This document shows, in pieces, positions 33,013-44,302 of a stretch of 64,000 bases of DNA. The DNA lies in contig JANHCV010000008.1 of NCBI GenBank assembly GCA_025594325.1, positions 868,001-932,000 of the forward strand, read 5' to 3'. The notes beneath the pieces were generated by a model, which had not been told where the DNA came from, did no database searches, and was given only the letters and a program-made list of their open reading frames with translations. The position numbers and the translations under genes were made by a program. The DNA comes from Blastocladiella emersonii ATCC 22665 (Eukaryota; Fungi; Blastocladiomycota). Each line of letters opens with the position of its first letter. The stretch's first letter is position 1.

Positions 33013-34934
33013 TCACTCGTCGCGCCGCGGGACGAAGGCGAGGTTGTTGTCGCGGCACCACTTCGTGTAGTCCACCACGGTCATCTCGCCCGTCATGTAG
33101 CGGTCGTACTTGACGCGGTGCTCCTGCGCCATCATGACGTCGTAGTCCGCTACCAGGACCTCCTCGTCCTCAAGTTCGCGGGCGCCAAACTCGAGCGCAT
33201 CGGCCTCAACCAGGCTCGACGCGGCCGCCTCCTCGGCCAGCTGCGAGCGCAGGCGGAACCACACCGCCTCGTCATCAAGCGACGCGGCGGAGCGGCGGAG
33301 CAGCTTCGCCTCGCTCCTCATCCGCTCCGTCGGCAAGTCCTCGGACAAGGACAGGTGCGAGCGTTTGCTGCCAGGCCACAGCGGGCTCGGCATCCCCGGC
33401 TGACCGGCGGAGCTCGGCGAGGAGACGGCGAGGGTAGCCGAGTACTGGTTCCCGAGCGACGTCACGGGCGTTGGCGGGTACGGGTACGCAGGCGGCGGCG
33501 GGCGGGCGTCGTGGCCGCCGTGGTGCGGGTGCGGGTACGACGCGGGCGGCGCGCGGGCCTCATGGCCGTGGTGCGGGTACGGGGCCGACGCGGGCGGCGC
33601 GCGGGCGTCGCGGCCGTGGAGCGTGTATGGGGCCGACGCGGGCGGCGCGTGGGCGTCATGGCCGTGGTGCGGGTACGGGGCCGACGCGGGCGGCGGGCGG
33701 GCGTCGTGGCCGTGGTGCGGGACCGAGGGCTCGGCGCGGGCGGCGCGCGGGCGTCGCGGCCGTGGTGCGTGGGCAGGTACGGCGCGGATGCGTCATGGCC
33801 GTGGTACACGCGCGCGGCCGACGGCGTACGCTCGTCGCGGTCGTGGTGCGCGGGCGGGTACGGCGCGGGTGCGTCATGGCCGTGGTACACGCGCGCGGCC
33901 GACGGCGTACGCTCGTCGCGGCCGTGGTGCGGAGTCAAGTGCGCGAACGGCGTACGCTCGCCGCCGCCGTGGTGCGCGAGCGGGTACGACGCAGGCGGCG
34001 GGCGCGCGTCATGACCGTGGTGCGGAGTCAAGTGCGCGAACGGCGTACGCTCGCCGCCGCCGTGGTGCGCGAGCGGGTACGACGCAGGCGGCGGGCGCGC
34101 GTCATGACCGTGGTGCGGAGTCGAGTGCGCGAACGGCGTACGCTCGTCGCTGCCGCGGTGCGGGGTCGAGTACGCAGGCGGAGGCGGGCGGGCGTCGTGG
34201 CCGCCGTGGTGCGCGAGCGGGTACGACGCAGGCGGCGGGCGCGCGTCATGGCCGTGGTGCGGAGTTGAGTGCGCGAACGGCGTACGCTCGTTGCGGCCGT
34301 GGTGCGGGTACGAGGCGGGCGGCGGGCGCACGTCGTGAACGTGGTGCAGGTACGGGGCCGACGCGGGCGGCGGGCGGGCGTCGTGGCCGTGGTGCGGGAC
34401 CGAGGGCTCGGCCGGGTTGAAGGTGTACGCCGGGACGGGCGAGTACGGCGGGGGCGCAGGGCGCTCGTCGCGCGACAGCGGCGCGGGCGGGAAGGGCGTC
34501 AGGCCGGGGCGGTAGTCGTGCACAGCGCCCGCGTCGTGTTGGTTCGCGCCGCCAAAGGCGGAGCTTAGAGGCAGCGGGCCCGAGCGCGGGGTCCCGTCAC
34601 TGGCGGGACGGCCGAACGCCGTTGGCGGCGCCGTGGACCAGGACGGCGCGGACGGCGGATACCGACCGAGCTCGCTGCGGCCTGCGTCAGCCCCAGTGGC
34701 TGAAACACCGGCCGGGCGCGACGCGTGACGCGTCGAGCTCGCGGCCGCCGCCACAGCCGCCGCCACAGCCGCCGCCGCCGACGAGCTTGCCGCCGCGGCC
34801 GCGGCCACCGCCGCCGTCGAGGTGCGGCCGGCGCCGGGACGCGCAAACGGCACCGGGGGGAATGCGGAACCCTGCGCCGTGGCCTTGCCGATGATCCAGT
34901 CGAGCGTCAGGTGCTCGCTGCGCTTCGTGTCCAT
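33013..34934 (-). pseudogene. Tc1 cargo 1: His/Pro repeat protein, one frameshift near 33735
   Basis: MDTKRSEHLTLDWIIGK...(HHGHDARPPPASYP)n, then an acidic C-terminal domain ending KWCRDNNLAFVPRRDE. Confidence 0.6.
33470..34400 (-). repeat. Coding tandem repeats (93-bp core unit plus variants)
   Basis: cgtggtgcgcgagcgggtacgacgc at about 33968, 34061 and 34205; 31-aa unit HHGHDARPPPASYPLAHHGGGERTPFAHLTP. Confidence 0.85.
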
Positions 34935-34952
34935 GCAGAAGCTGCGAGCGAT

Positions 34953-36424
34953 TCAAATGACGTCGATGTAGCGCAGCGGCACGTGCATGTCCTCGGCGTT
35001 GCCGCCGATGAACAGGCAGTACCTGCCATTCTTCTCGCACTCGATGCAGCGGTGCGGCTGCCCCTTGAGCAGCTCCCTGGCGACCGACACGTACTTGGAC
35101 ACCTCCGACTCCTCGGCCGTGAGCACCATGTCACCCTACTTCACGTCGATGGGCGGCAGACCTGCAATGGTGGTGAGCGCGATGGTGATGCGGGAGTCCA
35201 CCACGCCCGACCCCAGAACCACGGACTCGAAGCGGAGTCGGCGAAAAACGACGAGCTGGGCGAGCTTGAACGAGGCCGTGTTGTGGATGTAGTCGTTGAG
35301 CACCTGGATCATGATGACCTCGGCCCACCGATCGCCGAGCATCGAGCGGGCAATCTCCTGCATCGTATGCTTAAAGTCGTCGTAGCACACGAAGATGGAC
35401 GAGGACACCTCAAACGTGTTGGAGATCTGCTCGGCGTCCTTGTCGGGCAGGATGGTGATGTCAAACTTGAGGAGGCGGTGCACGACGCCCGTGAGCACGC
35501 CCGCGTTGCGGTACCCGTTCTCAGGGTCTTCTTGGTCTTGGACGGGAGGAGCGGGGGGAGCGGGAGGGGCGTCGTTGTCGCGCGCCCGAGCGGGAACAAG
35601 GAACCACGCGGTGGATGCAACGGCGGTTGGCGTAGCGGCGGTCGGGGCCGGAACGGGGGTCGTGGCCGTGGCTGGCGCAGATGCGCTCGTGGCCGTAGCC
35701 GTACCCACGCGGGACGACTGGCGCGAGATGTAGGTGTTGGTGTCGATGATGCCGGTTCCCTTGCTGTGGGCGGGGACGTGGTCGTTAGCATCAGCGCACA
35801 CTGCGTGTGGGAGAGGCAGGTCAACGTACTTAACAGCTTCAAACCGACCATGACACTCGAGGCAGAAGCGCAGCCTCAGGTGCGTACCGCCAGCGACAAG
35901 AGCGCGCGCGGCGTCGCTAGCCATCCACGCGAACGCCGGCATCCACAGCACCGAGTCCTTGAGGAAGGCCTGGCGCGCCGCATTCTTGTCGTTGGACAGG
36001 TTGCTGTGCGCGAAGCCGTACTCTACGTGCGAGGGACAAGGGCAGGTCAGTTCGAGGTTCTTGACGCGACGCAGAGCCCTTGCGTCGCCGTACCCCTGTG
36101 GAGATGGCAATTCTTTGTGCGAGGCGCGGTGCACGTGAAGCTGGCGCAGTTCTCCTGGCCGTCCGCGGGGTCAATGTGGCCGAAGCAGACCCTGCAGTGA
36201 AGGCAGCTTTGGGCCGAGACGGTGGCCACAGGGACGTGACCCCTCCCTCGTCTTGCGCGCGGTGACGTGATGCTGCTCGAAGTCGGACGCGGTGATCTGG
36301 CGGGCGGCAGACTCGCGCGCGCAACGGACCACGACGGCGCCGTTGATGGCCACGGCCTCGGCGTTGTTGTTGGTGCCCACCATGAGGACGACCGAACGAG
36401 GTGAGGGAGAGGGGGCGACAACAC
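34953..36424 (-). pseudogene. Tc1 cargo 2: Cys-rich protein of unknown family; start uncertain
   Basis: CLHC, CPCPSH, CLECH and CIEC motifs. In-frame TAG at 35136, then GDMVLTAEE...HRCIECEKNGRYC...IDVI to a stop at 34953. Confidence 0.55.
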
Positions 36425-36811
36425 TACGGGCCTCGCGCGGGTTTTGTACGGTTGGCGGCGGCCCGATTGATCCCGCCCGAGCGTCTCGCTCTCGTTCTTG
36501 CACTCACTCCCTTGACTTTGGCTCTCGTGACTGTATCCTCATGGGGCTGGAGCATCATCTCGCTCGCTCACATGGCCTCAAGTCGCGAGGAAAACGTCAA
36601 GGGAGAGAGAGGATCTCGCTTCAGTCGCACTCAGGTCTCTTGCCTCGTCGGGTTATTTTTCCGAGCCTCTGCAGGCGCAAGGCGGGGCGCCGCAACGCGC
36701 AAGCAAGCCGCCTGCAACCAGGCTGTTGCTGCAGCTTGCTTGCGCGCGCGCAAAGCGCAACCGCAAGCAAAACCCTTGCGCCGTGTCCTGTCTCTTCTGA
36801 AAATGGCTGTA

Positions 36812-36941
36812 GGCTTCCCCAAGCAAATGGGGAGCGCGAGGGCAAATCGGAACAACAGCGAGGGGCGGGAGCGGCGGTGCCGCTGCACGCACTGAGCGTG
36901 TTGATTGAGGTCACTTGGCGTCACCTGATCTGGTCGCAACA
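36812..36941 (-). repeat. 5' LTR, outer 130 bp
   Basis: Matches 24916-25045 and ends in caaca. Confidence 0.95.
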
Positions 36942-37563
36942 CGCTCTACTTTGGACTTGGGTACAACCCGCCCATCATCTTTGCCATGCTCTCAGATCCG
37001 GCGAAGTTGATGGCTGACATGGTGGCTGCCGCCGCAGACGTTCTCGTTCCATTGCGGCTCTTGAACCCAGTTCCCTGGAACGGGCTTTTGGGGTCTATTG
37101 GGAAGCTCGCTGAGCGTTCCACTCCCTCCAGCAGATCCACGCCTCGCAGCGAAGCATCACGCACGGCGTGCGCGTTCTGCACGCGGATCGGTGAGCCGTG
37201 TGAAACGGCCGTTTCGCACTTTGCAGAGGCCTGTCTGTCGCTCAAGAACTCGCGCGTCCTCGCGCAAATCCTTGTCACTTCCCTGGACGCAATCCAAGCT
37301 CCTCTGCCCGGACACATGGACGCATGGACGCGCGAACAAGCGACGCGGAGTTTGAAGCGGCCGTACGGCAGTCTTATGAAGCGCTTGCCCACTCGCCGGT
37401 TCCGCGTTGTGCGACTGTGTTTCAGCAGAATTCGATCGGATGCACTTGTTGCGCATTCGAAGCTATCCTTTTGCTTGACCCGACACTTAGGGTGCGAGTT
37501 TTGCGCGAGGTGCAAGTGCAAGTCGGCAAGGTTGGCCCTGTCCCAAAGGCGAGGACTCGTTGA
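36942..37563 (+). pseudogene. Gag-derived member 11, 3' half
   Basis: LYFGLGYNPPIIFAMLSDPAKLMADM...CAFC-x12-H-x4-C; an 8-bp duplication at 37315-37330 shifts the frame before the tail. Confidence 0.9.
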
Positions 37564-37828
37564 CGGACGGTGTGAATATATCTGTGGCAGTTGTACACAA
37601 TTGGGTCAAGTGGGTGATATGGAAACGAAGCAGGTTCATTGCGTGTAATAAATACATGCAAGGAAACCGCGTGTTAGGATCAGAGTCGTACTCATGCTTT
37701 GTTGGCGGAACCAAAGGCCGACCGAGGGTGAGCGCGCCGCTCACTTGAAACGGCGCCCACGTGATGTAGCGGCGGCAAGCCAAAAGCGGCGATGCGGACG
37801 CCAGCGGCGTGCGCTCCCCTGGACCACC

Positions 37829-39538
37829 ATGAAACAGCCAAATGAAAGCACCATGAAGCCTAAGGCAATCTTGCACTTACCGAAACTCGTCGAACGAGTG
37901 TTATGCTTCGCCGTCCGCGCGCACGCGGACTCAACCGACCTGGACGGGCTGATGCAGTACGCGCGGGTGATGCGGCGCGCCGACGTTCCGCGCGTCACCC
38001 GCACCATTCTGCTCACCTGTCCGCTGCTTTCCATGGACGAGGCGAGCAAGCGCGGCCACCTGTCTGCACTCGAGCTGTGGCGCGAATTGCGGGTCCCCCT
38101 GACGTATTCGGCCGATGCTCTTCTTGGTGCCGGCAAGAATCTTCACTATCGAGTTCTCGACTTTTGGCACGATTCTGGCCTCCCGCTTCCCTCGCTTGCC
38201 GAATCCTCTTGGGTGGGCGGGTACTACGTCGCGCGGGGCATGCTTGGATCTCGCGTTGAGTCTGAGCCGGAAAACGTACGTTTTTAGGAGGCTGACTTTC
38301 AACTCGACTTGTGCTGACTTGTGCGCCCCACATTCTCCGCCCAGCGGCCTCGCATCGATGTCGAGCCGGGCGAGCTAGAAATTGTCGACATTTGTAATGA
38401 TTACGAAGACGACACGATCGTCGTTGACTACGTTGGCTGCCGGCTGACTGAAGCCAGCATTTCTCGCCTCAACGATGCACTTGCTGCTCATTATCGTTCG
38501 CCAGTCAAAACTTTGGAGTTTAGGCCTTGCAACTTGAGCGCCGATTCCTTCTGCTCGATCACCGTTCCACCATCCGTGACAAACATCGTGCTTGAGAACA
38601 TGCGTCACGACCTGCCTCCACGCGTGCCAGCTGTCCCCGCTTCACTGTCGCCGCTTCCCGATTCGGTTGACCACCTGTGGTTCAAGGAATCATGGGTTGA
38701 CCACGGTTGCGACGCTCCGCTTGGCGAGCTCTTCCCACCTAAGCTTAAGATTGTGATCTTTGATGGCTATGACTTCAGCCGTCTCAACGAATCATCCACG
38801 CTGTTCAACTACCTTCCCCAGACGACGACAGATATTCCTTTCCAAAGGTGTGCCTTCAAGAACGGCGCCAAGGCGACGCGTATACTTGATCCGTTGCAGG
38901 TTGCTCCCGCGTTCCAATTGCTTGTACGCTCGATCCCGCGCACCCTCACTTACTTGCTCCTCAACTATTGCGAGTTCACGCTTGCCGATGTCCAAGTACT
39001 TGCACCGTGCCTCCCCCCGTCGCTTACTGACCTTGAGCTTTCGGGTCTGCCAAAGGGTTCCATGGCCGCTCTCGCTCCACACTTGCCCCAATCGCTACTG
39101 TACTTCAACACTCCGTATTGTCCGATTAGCGACAGCGAGCTCGCGATTCTTGCCCAGTTTCTTCCACCTCGGCTCCAAAACCTTCAATTGTACCACCTCA
39201 CACCAAAAGACGACCCTGAATCGGACCAAGAGGACGATGGCTTGGGTTGGCGGAAGCTTCTCCACGCGATCGGAGGGCTATCGCAGCTCAGCTTCTTGGG
39301 TTTGGGCAACTTGGGCCTCACCGATGCGGACCTTATTCTTCTCTTCGAGGTACTGCAGGCACCTATCGAGCGATTGGTTCTCGACGAAAATCCCACCACA
39401 AACGCAAGTCTTGACCCTTTGAAGCGGTTTGCAAAGCGCATGAGGCGGATCCGCCTGTCTGTGTACAAGACGCGAATGACGGATGATGCGCTCCGAGCAC
39501 TGATGAATTACAAGCGCATCAAGTTTTTCCAAGGTTGA
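37829..39538 (+). CDS. Ankyrin-like plus RNI-like LRR protein, 2 exons
   Basis: MDEASKRGHLSALELW...YSADAL...VLDFWHDSGLPL. Intron 38276-38344 (gtacgt...gctgac...ccag) joins in frame to LxxLxL repeats (LTYLLLNYC, LTDLELSG, LQNLQLY, LSFLGLGN). Confidence 0.8.
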
Positions 39539-40261
39539 TTGGAACGCATGCGGACGAATCGTGCGGCCATTACGGGGGGAAGGTTGACCGCACAGCAGGA
39601 GGAATATATTGGTTTGAAGCGCCCATTTCATGGCTTTTCGCCAGAATCGAGTCTGGAACACTTCAATAAAGCAGCCGCGAGAGATCGAGCATATTCCAGC
39701 GGTACCACTGAGAACCGTGAAGACGAATAGTGGGCAAGAGAACGACTGGGTTAGACGCTAAGTGGCATACGCGAGCAAGGTTGATGCGCGACTTGAGAGC
39801 GAGTACGACAGCGTCACGTATCTCCACACAGTGCGATGGTTTCCGTGAGGCTAGTCGTAAAGGAGCGCGAGGTTGTCGTCGTCAAGCAGCAGCGCAAATT
39901 CCAAGTTGGTGCAGCAAACGGATTGCGTACGAGGAACTCTGGGCCTCGACTGATCGGCGATTCCAATACCACCGGAAGATGCGGCTCGGGTTGTCCCCTC
40001 AAGCACGGAAGCGAGGACAGCTCGCCAGCAAGCGCGCGGCCACGTCGCGCGGACGTCCGTTCGTTGCGTGGCGGACGAGCACGGCAATCCACAGCTCAGG
40101 TGAGAGATTCACGCGATTCATCGGTTGCATCAAGTCTCACGCCGTAGTTGCATCACTTTCGGCGGGGCGTGGAGAGGGAGCGAAGCGAGCGCTCTCATCC
40201 ATTGCGTGACGCGGCGCCAATCGCGTTGCGCCGGCCATCATCACTGTCTCACCTTGAACTC

Positions 40262-41463
40262 ATGACGAACCACGCAACCAGCACGTTACACTCCATGCAA
40301 CAGATCATGCTATCGACGGACTCTGCGATGACGGCGGGGCCGGACCTGGGCGCTTCTTCTCATGTCTCGGACTGCGCAAGCGATGAGGAAGCCAGACTCA
40401 TACTGCAAGACGAGGTCGACTTGCTGAGTGCGCTAGACGACTGCATCCAAACGGTCCAGTCCAAGCAGCGCCTCCGTATTACGGCTCAGCTGCTGCACGG
40501 GGGCAAACTCGAGCGCTTCGATTTCGCCCAATTCCCAGCGCCACCGCGCCAGTGTGCCGGAGCCGCCAGCTTGCCTAGCCCGACGCTCTCGCGTACCCGG
40601 CCACAGTCCAGCTACAGGATCGCAACCGCGAGCTCGAATGCGTCAGATCCATATCTCTTCCAGCTTGTCTCAAAGCACTCTCCAACCTTTTGCATCAAGC
40701 GTGACCACACGCCGAGGTCAATCACGGACCCGCGCAAGTTTCTTGCTGCCCTCCGCGCCGTGGCGCCTGGTGCGTCGCTCGCCTGCCTGCTCTTGGCCGC
40801 GCGCACCAAGGTCGGCTCTGGTCTGTACTGCACGTACGCCATCTTCTTGCGCGAGACCACGCCTGACCGCGAGGCCGAGCAGCGCTTCGTCCACTTGGTG
40901 AGAAACGGGTGGAACTGCCCATGGACCACGCGCATGTATCGCCTCCGTCCCGCTTCGCAATCGAGCGCTGACATGGCCGACTTTTACGCAAGGTACCGCG
41001 CGCTCATGGGCGAGGTCGTCGAGCTCACCCCTGCCGTGCCGTGCTTGCAGCACTTCAAGCGGGCCTACATCATGCGCGTGTACCACTGGCTGAGGTGAAA
41101 TCCCTTGCTGGTCCACAAGCTAGTCCAGAACTCGCGCGCTTCGCTTGACGAGGCCGCGGAGTTTTTTCGGGCTGGCTGTGCGTTGGAAGCGGGGCCATCA
41201 GTCGTCGACTGGCCTAGATTGGCTTGCTCGCCGTCTCGGTCGCGGTCGCGGTCTCGCTCCCGCTCCCGCTCCCGCCATCGCTCTCGTTCGCCGTCTTAGT
41301 CGCGGCCACGTTGGCAGTCACGGTCGCGGTCACGCGCTAGTCGAGCTTGGTCTCGTTCACGCTCGCGCTCACATACCCCGCCTCGTCTTTCATAGCGTAG
41401 TCGTTCACGCTCCCGTTCTGCTGATATTCGCCATGTAAAGACTGAGATTGACCGCTCACCGTG
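40262..41463 (+). pseudogene. Gag-derived member 12; stop at a conserved Trp, RS tail, no knuckle
   Basis: Core DPRKFLAALRAVAP; TGA at 41096-98 followed in frame by NPLLVHKLVQNSRASLDEAAEFF and RSRS with two more TAGs. Confidence 0.8.
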
Positions 41464-42214
41464 AGATACAATCGTTCACTTCATAATTTGTCCAAGCAAG
41501 AGGCACCATCATTGCTGACCGGATCACTTGCGGCGGAGGGACGAAGCGGCGACCAAGCGCACTTGATCACGACCTCGCCGCCGGTAGTCGAGTTCTGCCG
41601 ATCGCAGGTGCGAGAGCCAGACGCAGAAGGGGTTTTAATCTCTGTCGATGTCCCCCAAACATTATCCCATCCGTTGAAAACTGAAGTGAAAAGCGACGCG
41701 CGTCTTGCACGCGGCGCGTGACACGATCACGCCATTTCGCGACGCGTCTCGCGTCCGCGACCGCGGCCATCTCCCACCTTTGTGCAAGCACACGCAAAAA
41801 CTCCGAGTTAAAGCCGAAAAAAGGGCAACTAATGTCGGATACAAAAGGAAGTAAGTGGTATTCTCATCACAGGTTCTATAGACGGGGCGGGTTGGGTGGT
41901 CGCGGAAGTCGGAAGGAGGGGTGACCGCGACATCATGGCTGATGGATGTGTTAGTTATCAACCTCCGAACGCATGGTTCGAACTGATGCCGCCAGTTCCT
42001 CGCTCGCGTGGCCCAGAATCTACTTGAACCCAACTATCCACTTGCACCGCTGCCCCCACATCTTACAACCAACTGATCCCGGCAAAGTCCCTGAGCACGC
42101 CAGCGAGTTTGAAGTGACGCTCCGGAAGGCAGCCCGTCACGCAGCAAATCCGCAGGAGTGATGCGAAAAAGTCGTTAAACGGGCGCCTTCTCACGGCTCG
42201 AGCAGAGGCATCAT

Positions 42215-42496
42215 CATCGCAAAACCTGCAGCAGCGGTTCGGGGCCCGATCGCGGCCGGATCGCGGCCAGAAAGCAGCATCTGGGCCGGATCTGTGATAT
42301 TATCCTGATGCGGACCGGATCCGGCTCAGACGCCACGCGGGCGGCGCGGGCGGGGTCGGCAGCGTTGGGGCGGTATCCGGCCCAGATCCGGCCCTGATCG
42401 TGCCGTAATCCTGCCCTGATCTCGCCCAGGTCCGGGGCAGAGGCTGCCGTGATGCCGCCGCGAAGTGCGCACCGATCGTGTCACGATCCCGCTCGC
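42215..42496 (+). mobile_element. Solo terminal fragment of the Plavaka-like element
   Basis: Starts catcgcaaaacctgcagcag; about 280 bp match to 63319 onward, with transitions and a 14-bp deletion. Confidence 0.9.
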
Positions 42497-42748
42497 CGTA
42501 CAGCAGCTGTGCAAAACCATCGGTAAGGTAAGTTCTTCTCGCGCACTCGCTACACGCGAGCTTCTTCAATCGACACCGCGCTGTTGTTCGCTGCGTGAGG
42601 GCTCTATCGCGTTGGCGGTGACTCGAGGGATCGCTTGCTCCGCGCCGCTCATTTCCACGTGGCGCACCGACCTGCCGGTCGCTCGCTCCTGCTCGCGGCC
42701 CCGTATCACATGAAGCACATGAAATTATCCCCAGCGACTTGATACAAC

Positions 42749-44302
42749 ATGACGCTGGAAGTGCCTTTGTGTGCCTCCTCGCTTACACGGACTGATGGTC
42801 GATGCGACGAGCCCGTCTGTGTGCACGGCGACCAAGAAGCTTTGCTGGTGCACACCATGAACCTGCGGCTCCAGCTTATCCGCACGGTGTTAGACTCTCG
42901 AATTGGTCGGTCTGATTCCGCAAACCAGCAGTCGCGCGTCGTGGAATTCGCGACGGCTTTGGATCGCAACGAGCGCCTTCTTTCGGTTGCTGATACACGC
43001 CTTGCCGAGGCGACTTGGCTTGGGACCTCGGGTCGCACGCCCACTTCTAAATCTTTCACGCCCGGTTCTACACCTGCCACGCCTGCTTTCGCACCTGCCG
43101 TGGATGCAATGCCACCACCTAGCGTCGCGCGACGCAGGTTGCCACCTTCTTGCGGCGAATCGGTCCGCTCGCTGCGCCATCAATCGCCACCGCGCCACCG
43201 CTCGCGCTCGCGTGAGACCACGGCGCCGGGCACTTGTCGACTAGCCTTGCTCCCCGACGTGTCGCATGAAGAAGCGCTATATCGGCGTTTCATGAAAAGC
43301 GTGCCTCCCTTCTGGATTCTGGTGAAAGCCACCACGCTTGCAACCATGCCGTCGTGCCGCTCCATTTGGGACGCAGACAAGTTTCTTTCGCTCCTTCGCG
43401 ACGCGCTGCCGCGCATACCCTTGGCGCTCGCTCTGATCGCGACACGCAGCCGTGTTCCGCACAAGCTTTTCATCACGTACGCGGTTCTGCTGCGCGAGCG
43501 GACCAGCGACGAGGACACGGCTCGTATCTTTCTCGACGTGGCCAGCAGAAAGTGGGACCCCAAATGGGTCGCGCAGTGGCTCAAGGTGACGCCGAGGGGT
43601 CGAACGCGCGACGATATCTGGGCATTCTACGACGAGTTCTGCGCCGTGTTGAACAAGCAGGTCGAGCTGACGCCCAACGTCTCCTGCGAGCAACACGTGA
43701 AACGCGGCTTTGGCAAAAAGATTTTCTACGACCTGCGCTGGGACATGGCGCCAATCGTCTCCATTCTGACGGACCCCAGGTGCTCGCTAGAGGACGTGGC
43801 CGCCGGCCTCATTGAAACATACGTAACGCCATTGCCACGCTCTCTATCCAGACGATCGTCCTATCATCGGCCCGCCAGTGGGCTGGATTCGCGCGCTGCT
43901 GCGCCCAAGCGCTGCGGATTTTGTCACAGCTACAACGTACTCCACGAAATGGCCGAGTTCCACCAGGTGCCCCACGATTCGCCCGATTGTGACCTGCTCA
44001 AGCGCCCGGCCCAGCTCGCCCAGCTGTTCACCAATGCTGTGTGCGGCTTTCAGCTCGGCCCACTGCACGCGCCTCCCGCCAGCACATCGGACTCAGAACT
44101 GCAGCAACTGACTCGTCAATGGGCAGAGACACTGCGATGCACGCGGATCCCGCCTGGAACGCGTTGCACCGATTCGCGAGCTATGAAGTGGTGTCGCGAC
44201 GTGCTCCAGGAGCTGGTAACGCTTCCCGAGGAGGTGCAGGCGCGCGTCCTTCGGCCAATATGGGCCGAGGTCGGCGCACTGTCGGCGCGGCAAAGCCGGT
44301 AG
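42749..44302 (+). CDS. Gag-derived member 13 (intact; sister of member 4)
   Basis: LLVHTMNLRLQLIRTVLDSR; core; CGFC-x16-H-x4-C; tail MKWCRDVLQEL. Confidence 0.85.
   Translation: MTLEVPLCASSLTRTDGRCDEPVCVHGDQEALLVHTMNLRLQLIRTVLDSRIGRSDSANQQSRVVEFATALDRNERLLSVADTRLAEATWLGTSGRTPTSKSFTPGSTPATPAFAPAVDAMPPPSVARRRLPPSCGESVRSLRHQSPPRHRSRSRETTAPGTCRLALLPDVSHEEALYRRFMKSVPPFWILVKATTLATMPSCRSIWDADKFLSLLRDALPRIPLALALIATRSRVPHKLFITYAVLLRERTSDEDTARIFLDVASRKWDPKWVAQWLKVTPRGRTRDDIWAFYDEFCAVLNKQVELTPNVSCEQHVKRGFGKKIFYDLRWDMAPIVSILTDPRCSLEDVAAGLIETYVTPLPRSLSRRSSYHRPASGLDSRAAAPKRCGFCHSYNVLHEMAEFHQVPHDSPDCDLLKRPAQLAQLFTNAVCGFQLGPLHAPPASTSDSELQQLTRQWAETLRCTRIPPGTRCTDSRAMKWCRDVLQELVTLPEEVQARVLRPIWAEVGALSARQSR

Larger units (their letters stand above)
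31226..36809 (+). mobile_element. Tc1/IS630-type DNA transposon (5.6 kb) with two cargo genes
   Basis: Perfect 25-bp TIRs cagccattttcagaagagacaggac (31226-31250, 36785-36809); TA TSD at 31224-25 and 36810-11; GCAAG subterminal repeats. Confidence 0.95.
24850..36941 (-). mobile_element. Ty3/Gypsy chromovirus-type LTR retrotransposon with a nested Tc1
   Basis: 196-bp LTRs (TGTTG...TTCA in element sense); PPT; gag-PR-RT-RH-IN plus chromodomain; 5-bp TSD cactc (24845-24849) / cgctc (36942-36946). Confidence 0.95.

Noticed and set aside
32908-36200. Long plus-strand ORFs (32908-34014, 33471-34268, 34725-36200)
   Set aside because: Antisense shadows of the GC-rich cargo genes.
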